A DNA stretch of 64,000 nucleotides, taken from the NCBI GenBank assembly GCA_013178315.1, contig JABLWX010000002.1:232-64231 (forward strand), given 5' to 3'. The notes below the pieces were generated by a model. That model ran no database searches and had not been told where the DNA came from. It saw only the letters and a program-made list of their open reading frames with translations. The first letter of the stretch is position 1. The number at the start of each line of letters is the position of its first letter. Of this stretch, positions 46,563 to 55,817 are shown piece after piece. The DNA is from Candidatus Aminicenantes bacterium (lineage in GTDB: Bacteria; Acidobacteriota; Aminicenantia; Aminicenantales; Saccharicenantaceae). The position numbers were made by a program, and so were the translations under genes.

Positions 46563-49340
46563 CTATTTAACCGGGTTCCCGTCTCCATCCAGGTAGACGA
46601 TTTCACCCAGCCCGAGTTCTCGCAACGGCTTTTCAACCTTGCTTCTATCGCCCACCACCACCCAGACCAGGCTTTCCGGCTGGAGAACCTTCCTGGCGGC
46701 CCGGTTGATATCCTCAATTTTCAACTGGCGGATCCGGCCGGCATATTTCTGGAAATAATCGTCAGGCAGTTTGAAGTTGGCCATCTCCACCAGGGAATTT
46801 TCCACGGCGGCCATGGTTTCCCACCGGCCCGGAAGCTGGTTGATCCGGCTGCTCAGGGCATTCCGGAATTCTTCCCCGGTTACCGGCTTTTTACCCAGCA
46901 TGCCTTCCATTTCAGCAGTCAGCTCCTGGATGGTTTCTTTGGTCTTATCCAGCTGCACGGGGGCCACGGCTATAAACGGCCGCTGGGCCCTGGCCGGAAG
47001 TACTACCGAGAAGGCCCCGTAACTCCAGTGCTTTTCTTCCCTGATGTTCATATTTATCCGGGAAACGAAATCTCCACCGAAGATGAAGTTCGTGAGGTCG
47101 ATGGCCAGGTCATCGGGGTCAGCCGGGGAAGGAACGGGCAGGCCGGCCATGACCATGGATTGCGGGGCACCCGGTTTATCTATCAAATAGACTGCGGGCT
47201 TGGACCGGGGCCTGACCGCGGCCAGGTTCTTTCTGGGCACTTCACCCGGCCTCCAGTTCTGGAAGATCTTTTCCAGCCTGGGCTTGATTTCAGCCAGGGT
47301 TATGTCGCCGGTCACTATCAGGGTAGAGTGGTTCGGTTTGAACCAGGTCTGGTGGAATTTTTTCAGGTCTTCCCGGGTAATTTTCTGGACCGTTTGTTCG
47401 TAGCCGCTTCCGGTCAGGGGGTTACTGTAGGCATGTCCTTCGCCGAAGATCAGTTTTGGCAGGACCCGGATGGCCAGGGTGGTCGGGGCGAATTTTTCCT
47501 GCTGGATCCTGGCTATCTGGATTTTTTTGAGCCGCTGGAAATCAGCTTCCGGAAAAGCCGGGTTAAGGATAACATCGGCATAGATATCAAGAGCCCGGTC
47601 CAGGTTTTCCTTTAGAACCCCCAGGCTAACGTAGGAAAAGTCCAGGGCCGAACTGGCTCCCAGTTCCGCCCCGAGCTGGGCCAGCTCTTCGCTGATCTGA
47701 AGGGAGGTTCTCCGGGCCGTGCCCTCGTCCAGCATCTGCATGGCGAAATAGGCTGTCCCGGGCAGGGCAAACTGGTCGGCGGCGTAGCCGGCATCGACCA
47801 TCAGGCCCAGCCGGACGTAGGGAATGGTGTGGCGCTCGGCCAGGATGATTTTAAGCCCGTTGCTGAGGGTGGCCTTCTGGATTTCCGGGAACCTGGCTTC
47901 CGGGGCTGTGGCCGGTTCGGGCATCCGGCTGCGGTCAACGTCTGTCTGGCTGGCGCTGAGCTGGGGATAGGGATGGACTTCCAGAACATACAGACCATCT
48001 GACAGCCATCTCAGGGCAGTTTCCCGGATGATCTGCGGGGTGGCTTCCCGAACGTGCCTCAAGTTCTCTTTATAATAGTCCGGACGACCGCCAAAAACCT
48101 GGCTTCTGGCCAGGATATCGCACTTGCCCGAGAAACCACCTATTTTTTCGATTCCCCTGATGAAATTGGTGAGGTAACCGGTCTTAACCCTTTCCAGTTC
48201 TCCGGGCTCGGGTCCGTCTTTAAGAAAGCGGACCACTTCTTCCTTTATGGCCTGTTCCAGCCTGGCCGGGTCCACGCCGGGCTTGACGTCGGCCATGATG
48301 AAAAACACCCCGGCAATTTCTCTAAGGTCCACAAAGGCGGAAACGCTGGAAGCGATTTGTTCGTCATAGACCAGCCTTTTATAAAGCCGGGAATTTTTTC
48401 CTTCTCCCAGGATGCTGCTGGCCAGGTCCAGGTAATCAGCCTCGGCCGTGCCCCACTGGGGGATATTCCAGGCCAGGTAAAGCCTGGCCTGCGAGACCCT
48501 GTCTTCCACCTTCTGACGCTGCTCGCCGGTTCTCCTGGCCACCCAGGCGGTGTGGCGGGCAACTGGCGGCGAGGGGGGAATGCTGCCGAAATACCTGGTG
48601 ACCTTTTCCAGGACTTCTTTGGGGTTGATGTCGCCGGCAATGACCACCACGGCATTGTTCGGTCCGTAGTAAGTGGCGAACCAGTCGTGGGCATCCTGCA
48701 GGCTGGCCCGGTCCAGGTCTTCAATGGAGCCTCCCACGGTCCAGGAATAAGGATGGCCGGCCGGGAACAGGGCCTTGGCCAGAAGTTCTTCGGCCACGGA
48801 GTAGGGCTCGTTGGCGTACTGCCTTAGCTCGTTCTGGACGACGCCACGCTGCTCGTCCAGCTTGGCCTGGTCGATGGCCCCCTTGAGATGGCCCATCCGG
48901 TCTGATTCCAGCCAGAGGACCAGGTCCAGGGCCGGGGCGGGAACCGTTTCGAAGTAATTGGTCCGGTCTTCGTTGGTGGTGCCGTTGATGTCAGTGGTTC
49001 CGACCTTCTGCAGGGCCTTGAAGAAGTCATCGTTATAATGCTCGCTGCCGTTGAACATCAGGTGTTCGAACAGGTGGGCAAAGCCGGTTTTGCCGGGCTT
49101 TTCATTTTTGGAACCAACGTGGTACCAGACGTTGAAGGCCACGATCGGGGCCTTGTGGTCTTCGTGCAGGATGACGGTCAGGCCGTTGGGCAGAACGTGT
49201 TTCTGGAAGGGAATGTCAATTTCTTTTGAGCTCTGGGCCCGGGCCGCTGTCGGCCAGGCGCCTGCTAATAGAATGGCAATCAGAAAGAAAGCCAGTGCCT
49301 TGACCGTAGTTTGGATGGTTAAGTTCCTTTGAATGTTCAT
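46563..49340 (-). CDS. Secreted M16-family (pitrilysin-like) zinc metallopeptidase, double-unit
   Basis: HxxEH zinc motif 'HLFEHLMFNGS'. Two tandem M16 halves. Signal peptide. Confidence 0.8.
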   Translation of the reverse strand: MNIQRNLTIQTTVKALAFFLIAILLAGAWPTAARAQSSKEIDIPFQKHVLPNGLTVILHEDHKAPIVAFNVWYHVGSKNEKPGKTGFAHLFEHLMFNGSEHYNDDFFKALQKVGTTDINGTTNEDRTNYFETVPAPALDLVLWLESDRMGHLKGAIDQAKLDEQRGVVQNELRQYANEPYSVAEELLAKALFPAGHPYSWTVGGSIEDLDRASLQDAHDWFATYYGPNNAVVVIAGDINPKEVLEKVTRYFGSIPPSPPVARHTAWVARRTGEQRQKVEDRVSQARLYLAWNIPQWGTAEADYLDLASSILGEGKNSRLYKRLVYDEQIASSVSAFVDLREIAGVFFIMADVKPGVDPARLEQAIKEEVVRFLKDGPEPGELERVKTGYLTNFIRGIEKIGGFSGKCDILARSQVFGGRPDYYKENLRHVREATPQIIRETALRWLSDGLYVLEVHPYPQLSASQTDVDRSRMPEPATAPEARFPEIQKATLSNGLKIILAERHTIPYVRLGLMVDAGYAADQFALPGTAYFAMQMLDEGTARRTSLQISEELAQLGAELGASSALDFSYVSLGVLKENLDRALDIYADVILNPAFPEADFQRLKKIQIARIQQEKFAPTTLAIRVLPKLIFGEGHAYSNPLTGSGYEQTVQKITREDLKKFHQTWFKPNHSTLIVTGDITLAEIKPRLEKIFQNWRPGEVPRKNLAAVRPRSKPAVYLIDKPGAPQSMVMAGLPVPSPADPDDLAIDLTNFIFGGDFVSRINMNIREEKHWSYGAFSVVLPARAQRPFIAVAPVQLDKTKETIQELTAEMEGMLGKKPVTGEEFRNALSSRINQLPGRWETMAAVENSLVEMANFKLPDDYFQKYAGRIRQLKIEDINRAARKVLQPESLVWVVVGDRSKVEKPLRELGLGEIVYLDGDGNPVK

Positions 49341-49421
49341 AAAAGTCTCCTTATAGACCTTTTTAATGTAAATACGAAAAGTATTCGCAATGGTTCTATC
49401 TTTGAGGCCCGGCTAAAATTT

Positions 49422-49985
49422 TCAGGACACCAGGTCCTTTCCGAGGTTGTAGGCTTCCTTTAACAGTCCAGCTTGTTTTCTGACCTGGCCCGGCCCGGCA
49501 GCCGAGGCATAGACCATGCCTTTAATTTCAACTCCCAGGTAGCCGAAGATGTCCTGGTAGGCCCTGAGGGCATTGACCCCGCCCGAGGAAAAGACATCCC
49601 GGTCGGCATAGGTCAGAATCAGGCCCACCTTTTTATTCTTGAAGCTGGCGTATTCGTCCCCGCCAAAAGCATACCAGCGGTCTATGAACAGCTTGGTCTG
49701 GGCGTTGATGGTGAACCAGTAGACGGGGTGGGCCAGGATTATGGCTCCGGCCTCTTTTAGCCTGGGATATAATTTTTTCATATCGTCTTTCTGGACGCAT
49801 TCACCCGGGCCCCTGTCCCGGCAGCGGTCGCAGGCCCGGCAGGGATTGATTTTAAGCCGGGCCAGGTTGATGACTTCAACCGAGGCCCCGGCTTCCCGGG
49901 CAGCCCGGGCCGCTTCCAGGGCCAGGATGGTGCTGTTGCCGTCTTTTCGCGGGCTTCCAGTAAACACCAGAAGTTTCTTTTTCAT
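49422..49985 (-). CDS. Iron-sulfur flavoprotein / NAD(P)H-dependent FMN reductase-like
   Basis: Flavodoxin-like 'LLVFTGSPRKDGNS' and Cys cluster 'CRACDRCRDRGPGEC'. Confidence 0.7.
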   Translation of the reverse strand: MKKKLLVFTGSPRKDGNSTILALEAARAAREAGASVEVINLARLKINPCRACDRCRDRGPGECVQKDDMKKLYPRLKEAGAIILAHPVYWFTINAQTKLFIDRWYAFGGDEYASFKNKKVGLILTYADRDVFSSGGVNALRAYQDIFGYLGVEIKGMVYASAAGPGQVRKQAGLLKEAYNLGKDLVS

Positions 49986-49986
49986 C

Positions 49987-50247
49987 TCATCCCTCCTTCC
50001 GGTTTACAGACTGGCTTTTAATTATGGTCACCAGGGCGATGACCACCCAGACCGAATTAACACCCACCGAGGGGTAGGCTCCGAAATGGAAAGCATTCAG
50101 CAGCAGGCAGGCGCTGCCGGCCAGGTTGAGGAGCTGGTAGGGCAGGGAATCGCCATCCAGCTTCCGGTTGGAGACCAGGACGTAGGCCAGCAGCAGCATC
50201 AGGGCTCCCAGCCAGCCGGCCAGGTTTATCAGGAAGGTTTGACTCAT
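49987..50247 (-). CDS. Small membrane protein (hypothetical)
   Basis: 86 aa, two or three helices. Ends 1 bp before the flavoprotein start, so likely operonic. Confidence 0.4.
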   Translation of the reverse strand: MSQTFLINLAGWLGALMLLLAYVLVSNRKLDGDSLPYQLLNLAGSACLLLNAFHFGAYPSVGVNSVWVVIALVTIIKSQSVNRKEG

Positions 50248-50360
50248 GACTAAAGGCTCCAGCTTGAAAAGAATTAAAATGAATTATACAGGAAAGGCCG
50301 GCCTCAAGAAAGTTGAGAAAAATCCGGGCGAGCTCCGTCTGTAATTGCAGAAAGGAGGAA

Positions 50361-50690
50361 ATGATGGCAGAGAGAAATTTCAACCTCGGCAAAAAAGACC
50401 GGTTAACGGTGGAAGAGTTCGTCCAGCTGGCTATCAAGTCTTTAAGGATGGGCGATTTCAAGGGCATCCACTCGGTCTACAGCGGGTTCAACGAGGCCTT
50501 CAAGAAATATTTTGGCCAGGACCCGGTACAGGCCACCAACCGCCTGGCCGAGGAAAAAAAGATTGAAATCAGGCCCATAAAAGGCGGGGTATTGCTTTAT
50601 CTTCCGGGAGAGGCTCCTTCCCAGTCCAGAGGAGACGAAGCCCTTAAGAAGATGGGATTGTCCCTGGCGGAAAAGACCGGGAGTGCCTGA
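50361..50690 (+). CDS. Hypothetical small protein
   Basis: AGGAGG RBS before ATG 50361. Convergent with rpoD, separated by 6 bp. Confidence 0.4.
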   Translation: MMAERNFNLGKKDRLTVEEFVQLAIKSLRMGDFKGIHSVYSGFNEAFKKYFGQDPVQATNRLAEEKKIEIRPIKGGVLLYLPGEAPSQSRGDEALKKMGLSLAEKTGSA

Positions 50691-50696
50691 ACCAGG

Positions 50697-52379
50697 TCAG
50701 GAGCGTGGCGGGCCGGGCGGCTGGTCTGAGCTGCCCTCGGAAAAAGATTTCAGCTTGTCGCGCAGGGTGGACTCGGCCAGCTTGCGCAGGGCCTTGGTTT
50801 CGATCTGCCGGACTCTTTCCCTGGTGACCTTCAGTTTCTGGCCGATTTCTTCCAGGGTGTGCTCCTGGCCGTCGCCGATGCCGAAGCGCATCTTGATGAC
50901 CGTGGCTTCCCTTTCGGTCAGTGAATTCAAAGCCCTGGTTATCTGTTCCTTGAGGTTGGCCCGGATGACGATGTCGGCCGGGGAGGGGTTGTAGACATCC
51001 CGGACGAAGTCCTTGAGGAAGCTCTCCTCGTCATCCCCGATGGGCGAGTCCAGCGACAGCAGCTCCTGGCTGTCCTGAAGAATCTTGCTGACTTTCTGCA
51101 CCGGCATGCGGACGGCCTCGGCGATTTCCTGGACGGTCGGTTCCCGCCCGGTCTTCTGCACCAGTTCCTGGTGAATTTTCTTGAGACGGTTGATGGTTTC
51201 CACCATGTGCACCGGGATCCTGATGGTCCGGGCCTGGTCGGCAATGGCCCGGGTGATGGATTGCTTGATCCACCAGGTGGCATAGGTGGAAAACTTGAAA
51301 CCGCGGTGATAATCGAACTTCTGCACCGCCCTCATCAGGCCCAGGTTTCCTTCCTGGATGAGGTCGGACAGGCTCAGGCCGCGGTTGACGTAGTTCTTGG
51401 CAATTGAGACCACCAGCCTGAGGTTGGCCTCGATCAGCTTGTTTTCGGCATGTTTCTGGATCTTCTCGCCGCGGCTGACATCGCGCAGCACCCGGCGCAA
51501 CTCGCTGGCCTCCAGCCCGGATTCCTGGCGGTAGACCTTCTCTTCGGCCAGGTACCGGTTGAGCTTCTGCTTCAGGGCTTCGGCCGCGGTTTTCGGCTTG
51601 GTCTTCTGGAGGGCCAGCTGGATTTCTTCCCTTTTCTCTTCCAGCTCGTTCATGACCTGGAGGATGTCGCGTAGCCGGCCGATGGTGGCGGCCATCTTTT
51701 CCGGCGAGAGATGAAGCTCTTCCAGGATCTGGTACATCCTGATGATCAACCGGCCACGGGCAAAAACCTTTCTGGGGGTGGGTTTCAGGTTCGAAAAATT
51801 TTCCGATAGCCGGTAAAATTTATCGAGGGTCTGGCGCAGGCTCTTGACCTTCTTCCAGGCGGCGTCGTCCTCGAAGTCCTCGGTCTCGTCAAAAAATCTC
51901 AGGAAGCGCTCCGGTTCGGTTTCGGCCAGGTCGCGCAGGGAAAGAATGTCCTTGATGGCCAGCCTGGTCTTAAGAAGGGCCCGGAGCTGGATCTTTTTGC
52001 CCCTCTCCATCTGGCGGGCCAGGTCAATTTCATCCTGCTGGGAGAGGAGGGAAATTTTGCCCATCTCCCGGAAGTATATCTTTATCGGGTCGTGGTCGGA
52101 TTCAATCTGCTCGGTGGCCTTGCTGGCCTCGGCCTTGGCGGTCTTCGGCAGTATATCTTTCAGTTCAAATTCATCGAAATCATCGGAAATACTTTTCAGC
52201 TTGTTAGCCTGCTGCAGCTCAGGCTCCAGGGCCTTGTTCAGAAAGAGCGGGTCAAGTTCCGGACTGAAAATCTCTGGAGATAGAGTCTGCTCCGGCGTCA
52301 TGAATTCAGACTTCTCCTGCGGTTTCCTGGCCGTTTTCTTCTTAGAAATAGTCTTGTCTTTTTTAGTCTTTTTTACCAT
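50697..52379 (-). CDS. rpoD: RNA polymerase primary sigma factor (sigma-70)
   Basis: Region 2.x-4 motifs '[27 protein letters not shown]', '[21 protein letters not shown]', '[20 protein letters not shown]'. Confidence 0.9.
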   Translation of the reverse strand: MVKKTKKDKTISKKKTARKPQEKSEFMTPEQTLSPEIFSPELDPLFLNKALEPELQQANKLKSISDDFDEFELKDILPKTAKAEASKATEQIESDHDPIKIYFREMGKISLLSQQDEIDLARQMERGKKIQLRALLKTRLAIKDILSLRDLAETEPERFLRFFDETEDFEDDAAWKKVKSLRQTLDKFYRLSENFSNLKPTPRKVFARGRLIIRMYQILEELHLSPEKMAATIGRLRDILQVMNELEEKREEIQLALQKTKPKTAAEALKQKLNRYLAEEKVYRQESGLEASELRRVLRDVSRGEKIQKHAENKLIEANLRLVVSIAKNYVNRGLSLSDLIQEGNLGLMRAVQKFDYHRGFKFSTYATWWIKQSITRAIADQARTIRIPVHMVETINRLKKIHQELVQKTGREPTVQEIAEAVRMPVQKVSKILQDSQELLSLDSPIGDDEESFLKDFVRDVYNPSPADIVIRANLKEQITRALNSLTEREATVIKMRFGIGDGQEHTLEEIGQKLKVTRERVRQIETKALRKLAESTLRDKLKSFSEGSSDQPPGPPRS

Positions 52380-52562
52380 GAGACCCCTGAGATTCTCGCC
52401 CCTGAGCCTGCGACTGGGGGGAGAGAAGGTGTTTCTATCTTTTATTCCTTACTATAAATAAGCCGCCGAGCTTCCTTTGTCAAGCAATTTTAATGCATCC
52501 ATCCTTGAAGGACAGGGTTATATATTATAGAATAACTATCTGATTAGTAAAGCGGAGTCACG

Positions 52563-54656
52563 ATGAAAACAAGATGGTCGGCAGTAGCATTAATCCTTCT
52601 ATTTAGCCTCGTCCTGATACCCCCTCTGGCTGCTTCTCCCGGGCAGGCCAAGCCAAAATCCCAGAAGGAGCTCGTCCGAGCCCTGCCTGATAAGTACCGG
52701 AAGTGGCTGGAGGAGGAGGTGGTCTACATAATTTCCCAGAAGGAAAGGGAGGTTTTCCTGAGGCTGGAAAATGACCGCCAGCGGGATATCTTTATCGAGG
52801 CTTTCTGGAAGCAGCGCGACCCCAACCCCAACACTCCCGAAAACGAGTTCAAGGAAGAACATTACCGCCGTATTGAATATGCTAACAAGTACTTCGGCAA
52901 GGAATCTCCCGGTCCCGGCTGGCGTTCCGATATGGGAAAGATTTACATTATGCTGGGCGAGCCCCAGTCCACCGAAAAATATGAAAACCTGTACGACCTG
53001 TACCCGACCATAATCTGGTTTTACCAGGGAATGGCCGAGTACGGGCTGCCCAATGCTTTCTCTGTTGTTTTCTACAAGCCGGACGGCACGGGCGAATACA
53101 AGCTTTATTCGCCCGTTAAGGACGGCCCGATGAAGCTGATGCCCCATTACAGCGGGGACATGACCAGCTATGCTGACGCCTTCGGCAAGCTGACCGATAT
53201 CGAGCCCAACGTGGCCAAGGTCTCCCTGAGCCTGATCGAGGGAGAGCCGCTGACCGACCTGGTTCCCTCCATCTCCTCCGATATTCTGATCAACCAGAAG
53301 ATTCCGGCGGCTCCTACCTACAAGGTCAGGAGCACCTATGCCGAAAAGTTATTCCGTTACCAGGATATAATTGAGGTTGAATACACGGCAAACTACATTG
53401 ACAGCGATGCCCTGGTCAGCGTCTATCAATCGCCCAATGGAATTTACTACGTGCATTATTTGATAGAACCCAAAAAACTATCGCTCGAAAGAAACGATAA
53501 CAATTACCAGACAACCATAGTGATCAACGGAATCGTGACCGACCTGGACAGCAAGCCGGTCTACCAGTTCGACCGGCGGGTGCCTCTTAACCTCAGGGGA
53601 GACCAGGTTTCCAGCATCAGGGACCGCCAGATGAGTTTCCAGGATGTCTTCCCCTTGATTCCCGGGAAGTACAGGCTGAGCATCCTGTTCAAGAATTTTA
53701 TTTCCAAGGAATTCACCTCGCTCGAGACCACCATCAACATTCCCGAGCGGCAGCTGCAGATGAGCCCGGTTCTCCTGTCCACGCGCCTGGCCAGAAGCTC
53801 CCAGTACCGGGGCCTGAACAAGGCCTTCCTGCTGAACGACCTGCAATTTTCGCCAACGCCCCGTAACGACTTTGTCCTGGGCGACAGGATGTATGCCTTC
53901 TTCCAGCTCTGGGGCCTGACTTCGCAACTGAGAAATACGGGCAGCCTGAATTATGAGGTTGTTCGTGAGAACGGCGAAATCGTTAAGAGCTTCAGCAAGA
54001 AGCTGACCGAATATACAGAGGGCAATGTCTTTTACGAGGAATTTGTCCTGGAAGGCTGGAACCCGGCCAATTACACCCTGAAAGTCAACCTGCAGGACGG
54101 CAATGGCAATATTCTGCTCAGTGAAAAGGCTAACTTCTTCATCAGCCACCTGTCATCCCTGCCGCGGTCCTGGGTCATGACCCAGCCGGTTGACGGCGAT
54201 AATTCGGCTACCGTCCAGCATGCCCTGGGTCTTCAGTACTGGAACAGGAAGGACCTGGTGAGAGCCAGAAGGTACCTGGAAGCTGCCCAAAAAATAGACC
54301 CGACCGAGCCGGCCTATGCCCTGGATTTTTGCCGCCTCCTCTTTTTCGAGGAAAAGTACCAGGAAGTTCTGAATATCGCCCTGCCATTCGTTAACCAGGG
54401 AAACAAGGATTTCCTGGAAATTACCGGCGAGTCCTTCCAGGCCCTTAAGCAGTATCAACAGGCTATAGATTATTACAAGCAATACCTGGCCCATTTCGGC
54501 ACCAACGTCAACGTGCTTAACGCCATCGGGGAATGCTATTACCAGCTGGGCGACATGGACGAGGCCCTCTATGCCTGGGAAAGATCGCTCCAGATCGAGC
54601 CCAACCAGGCCAGGATAAAAGACCGGGTCAAGGTCGCAAAGGATAAGAAGAAATAA
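52563..54656 (+). CDS. Secreted GWxTD-like domain protein with C-terminal TPR repeats
   Basis: Signal peptide, 'GPGWRSDMGKIYIMLGEP' (GWxTD-type motif), C-terminal TPR-like helices. Confidence 0.55.
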   Translation: MKTRWSAVALILLFSLVLIPPLAASPGQAKPKSQKELVRALPDKYRKWLEEEVVYIISQKEREVFLRLENDRQRDIFIEAFWKQRDPNPNTPENEFKEEHYRRIEYANKYFGKESPGPGWRSDMGKIYIMLGEPQSTEKYENLYDLYPTIIWFYQGMAEYGLPNAFSVVFYKPDGTGEYKLYSPVKDGPMKLMPHYSGDMTSYADAFGKLTDIEPNVAKVSLSLIEGEPLTDLVPSISSDILINQKIPAAPTYKVRSTYAEKLFRYQDIIEVEYTANYIDSDALVSVYQSPNGIYYVHYLIEPKKLSLERNDNNYQTTIVINGIVTDLDSKPVYQFDRRVPLNLRGDQVSSIRDRQMSFQDVFPLIPGKYRLSILFKNFISKEFTSLETTINIPERQLQMSPVLLSTRLARSSQYRGLNKAFLLNDLQFSPTPRNDFVLGDRMYAFFQLWGLTSQLRNTGSLNYEVVRENGEIVKSFSKKLTEYTEGNVFYEEFVLEGWNPANYTLKVNLQDGNGNILLSEKANFFISHLSSLPRSWVMTQPVDGDNSATVQHALGLQYWNRKDLVRARRYLEAAQKIDPTEPAYALDFCRLLFFEEKYQEVLNIALPFVNQGNKDFLEITGESFQALKQYQQAIDYYKQYLAHFGTNVNVLNAIGECYYQLGDMDEALYAWERSLQIEPNQARIKDRVKVAKDKKK

Positions 54657-54700
54657 TCCATCAACCCTGATTGGATATATAATATGGTATGGAGGTCTTG

Positions 54701-55681
54701 ATGAAAAAGAATCATTATCGTTTTCTGGTAATCCTGCTGGCCATATTTTTCCTGTCCCAGACTCTGGCCCTGGCCCAGGCCGGGCGGGGAGTCGGCCGGC
54801 TGGGCGGTGTGGTGCTCGATAACAACGATAAGCCGGTGGTCGGGGCCAGGCTGGTCCTGACCTACGTCCAGGATGCCGGTGGAGGACTTAAACTTGAAGC
54901 CACGACCAACAAGAAAGGCGAGTGGTCTTTCATCGGGTTGGGTTCCGGGCGCTGGAGCCTGATGGTTTCGGCCGAAGGCTTTGCCCCGGCCACCCAGGAG
55001 GTCACGGTTAGCCAGCTGGAAAAGAACCCGCGAATTACCATCAAGTTACAGAAAGCCAGCGGGGGAGTGTCCATCATCCAAGACCAGGCGTCCCTGGAAT
55101 TGCTGGACCAGGGCAACGAGTTCTTCAAAGAAGGTAAGTATGATACGGCCCTGGCCATGTTCGAGCAATTTTATGAAAAGAATCCTTCCGCCTACCAGAT
55201 TTTGCTCAACATCGGCGATTGCTACCGGGAAAAGGGCGAGATGGATAAGGCCATGGAGTATTACAACCAGGTGATGGAAAAGGCCAGGACCGATATGGCC
55301 ATGGGGGTCAGCATGACGGCCAAGGCCCTGGCCGCCATCGGCCTGCTCTATCTCAAGCAGGACAACCTGGAAGAAGCCACCAGGTATTTCAAGCAGTCGG
55401 TCGATACCGCGCCCCAGGACGAAGTGGTGGCTTTTAACGTCGGCGAGGTCTTCTTCACCAACCAGAAGCTGGATGAGGCCGAAAGGTATTTCAAGATGGC
55501 TTCCGGCATCAAGCCCGACTGGCCGGAGCCCTATCTGAAACTTGGCTACGTGGCCCTGAACAAGAACGACCTGCCGGCGGCCATTGAGTATTTCGAAAAG
55601 TTCCTGAAGCTGGAACCCCAGGACTCGCCGCGGGTGGCCATGGTCCAGCAGATTCTGCAGGCCATTAAGAAGCATAATTAA
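54701..55681 (+). CDS. Secreted carboxypeptidase-regulatory-like domain + TPR protein
   Basis: GGAGG RBS 5 nt before ATG 54701. 'GGVVLDNNDKPVVGARLVL...GEWSFIGLGSGRWSL', then TPRs. Confidence 0.6.
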   Translation: MKKNHYRFLVILLAIFFLSQTLALAQAGRGVGRLGGVVLDNNDKPVVGARLVLTYVQDAGGGLKLEATTNKKGEWSFIGLGSGRWSLMVSAEGFAPATQEVTVSQLEKNPRITIKLQKASGGVSIIQDQASLELLDQGNEFFKEGKYDTALAMFEQFYEKNPSAYQILLNIGDCYREKGEMDKAMEYYNQVMEKARTDMAMGVSMTAKALAAIGLLYLKQDNLEEATRYFKQSVDTAPQDEVVAFNVGEVFFTNQKLDEAERYFKMASGIKPDWPEPYLKLGYVALNKNDLPAAIEYFEKFLKLEPQDSPRVAMVQQILQAIKKHN

Positions 55682-55817
55682 TTAGGAAATGTGAAGTAAG
55701 CTAAAAGAGACCTCAAGGTCTTGAAAAATGCGCCCTGGAAAGAACAAAGGCAAGGGAGATAATAACTGAAAAAAATAGCTTCTTAAATAAAGCCATCAGG
55801 TTATTAATGCATTAATT

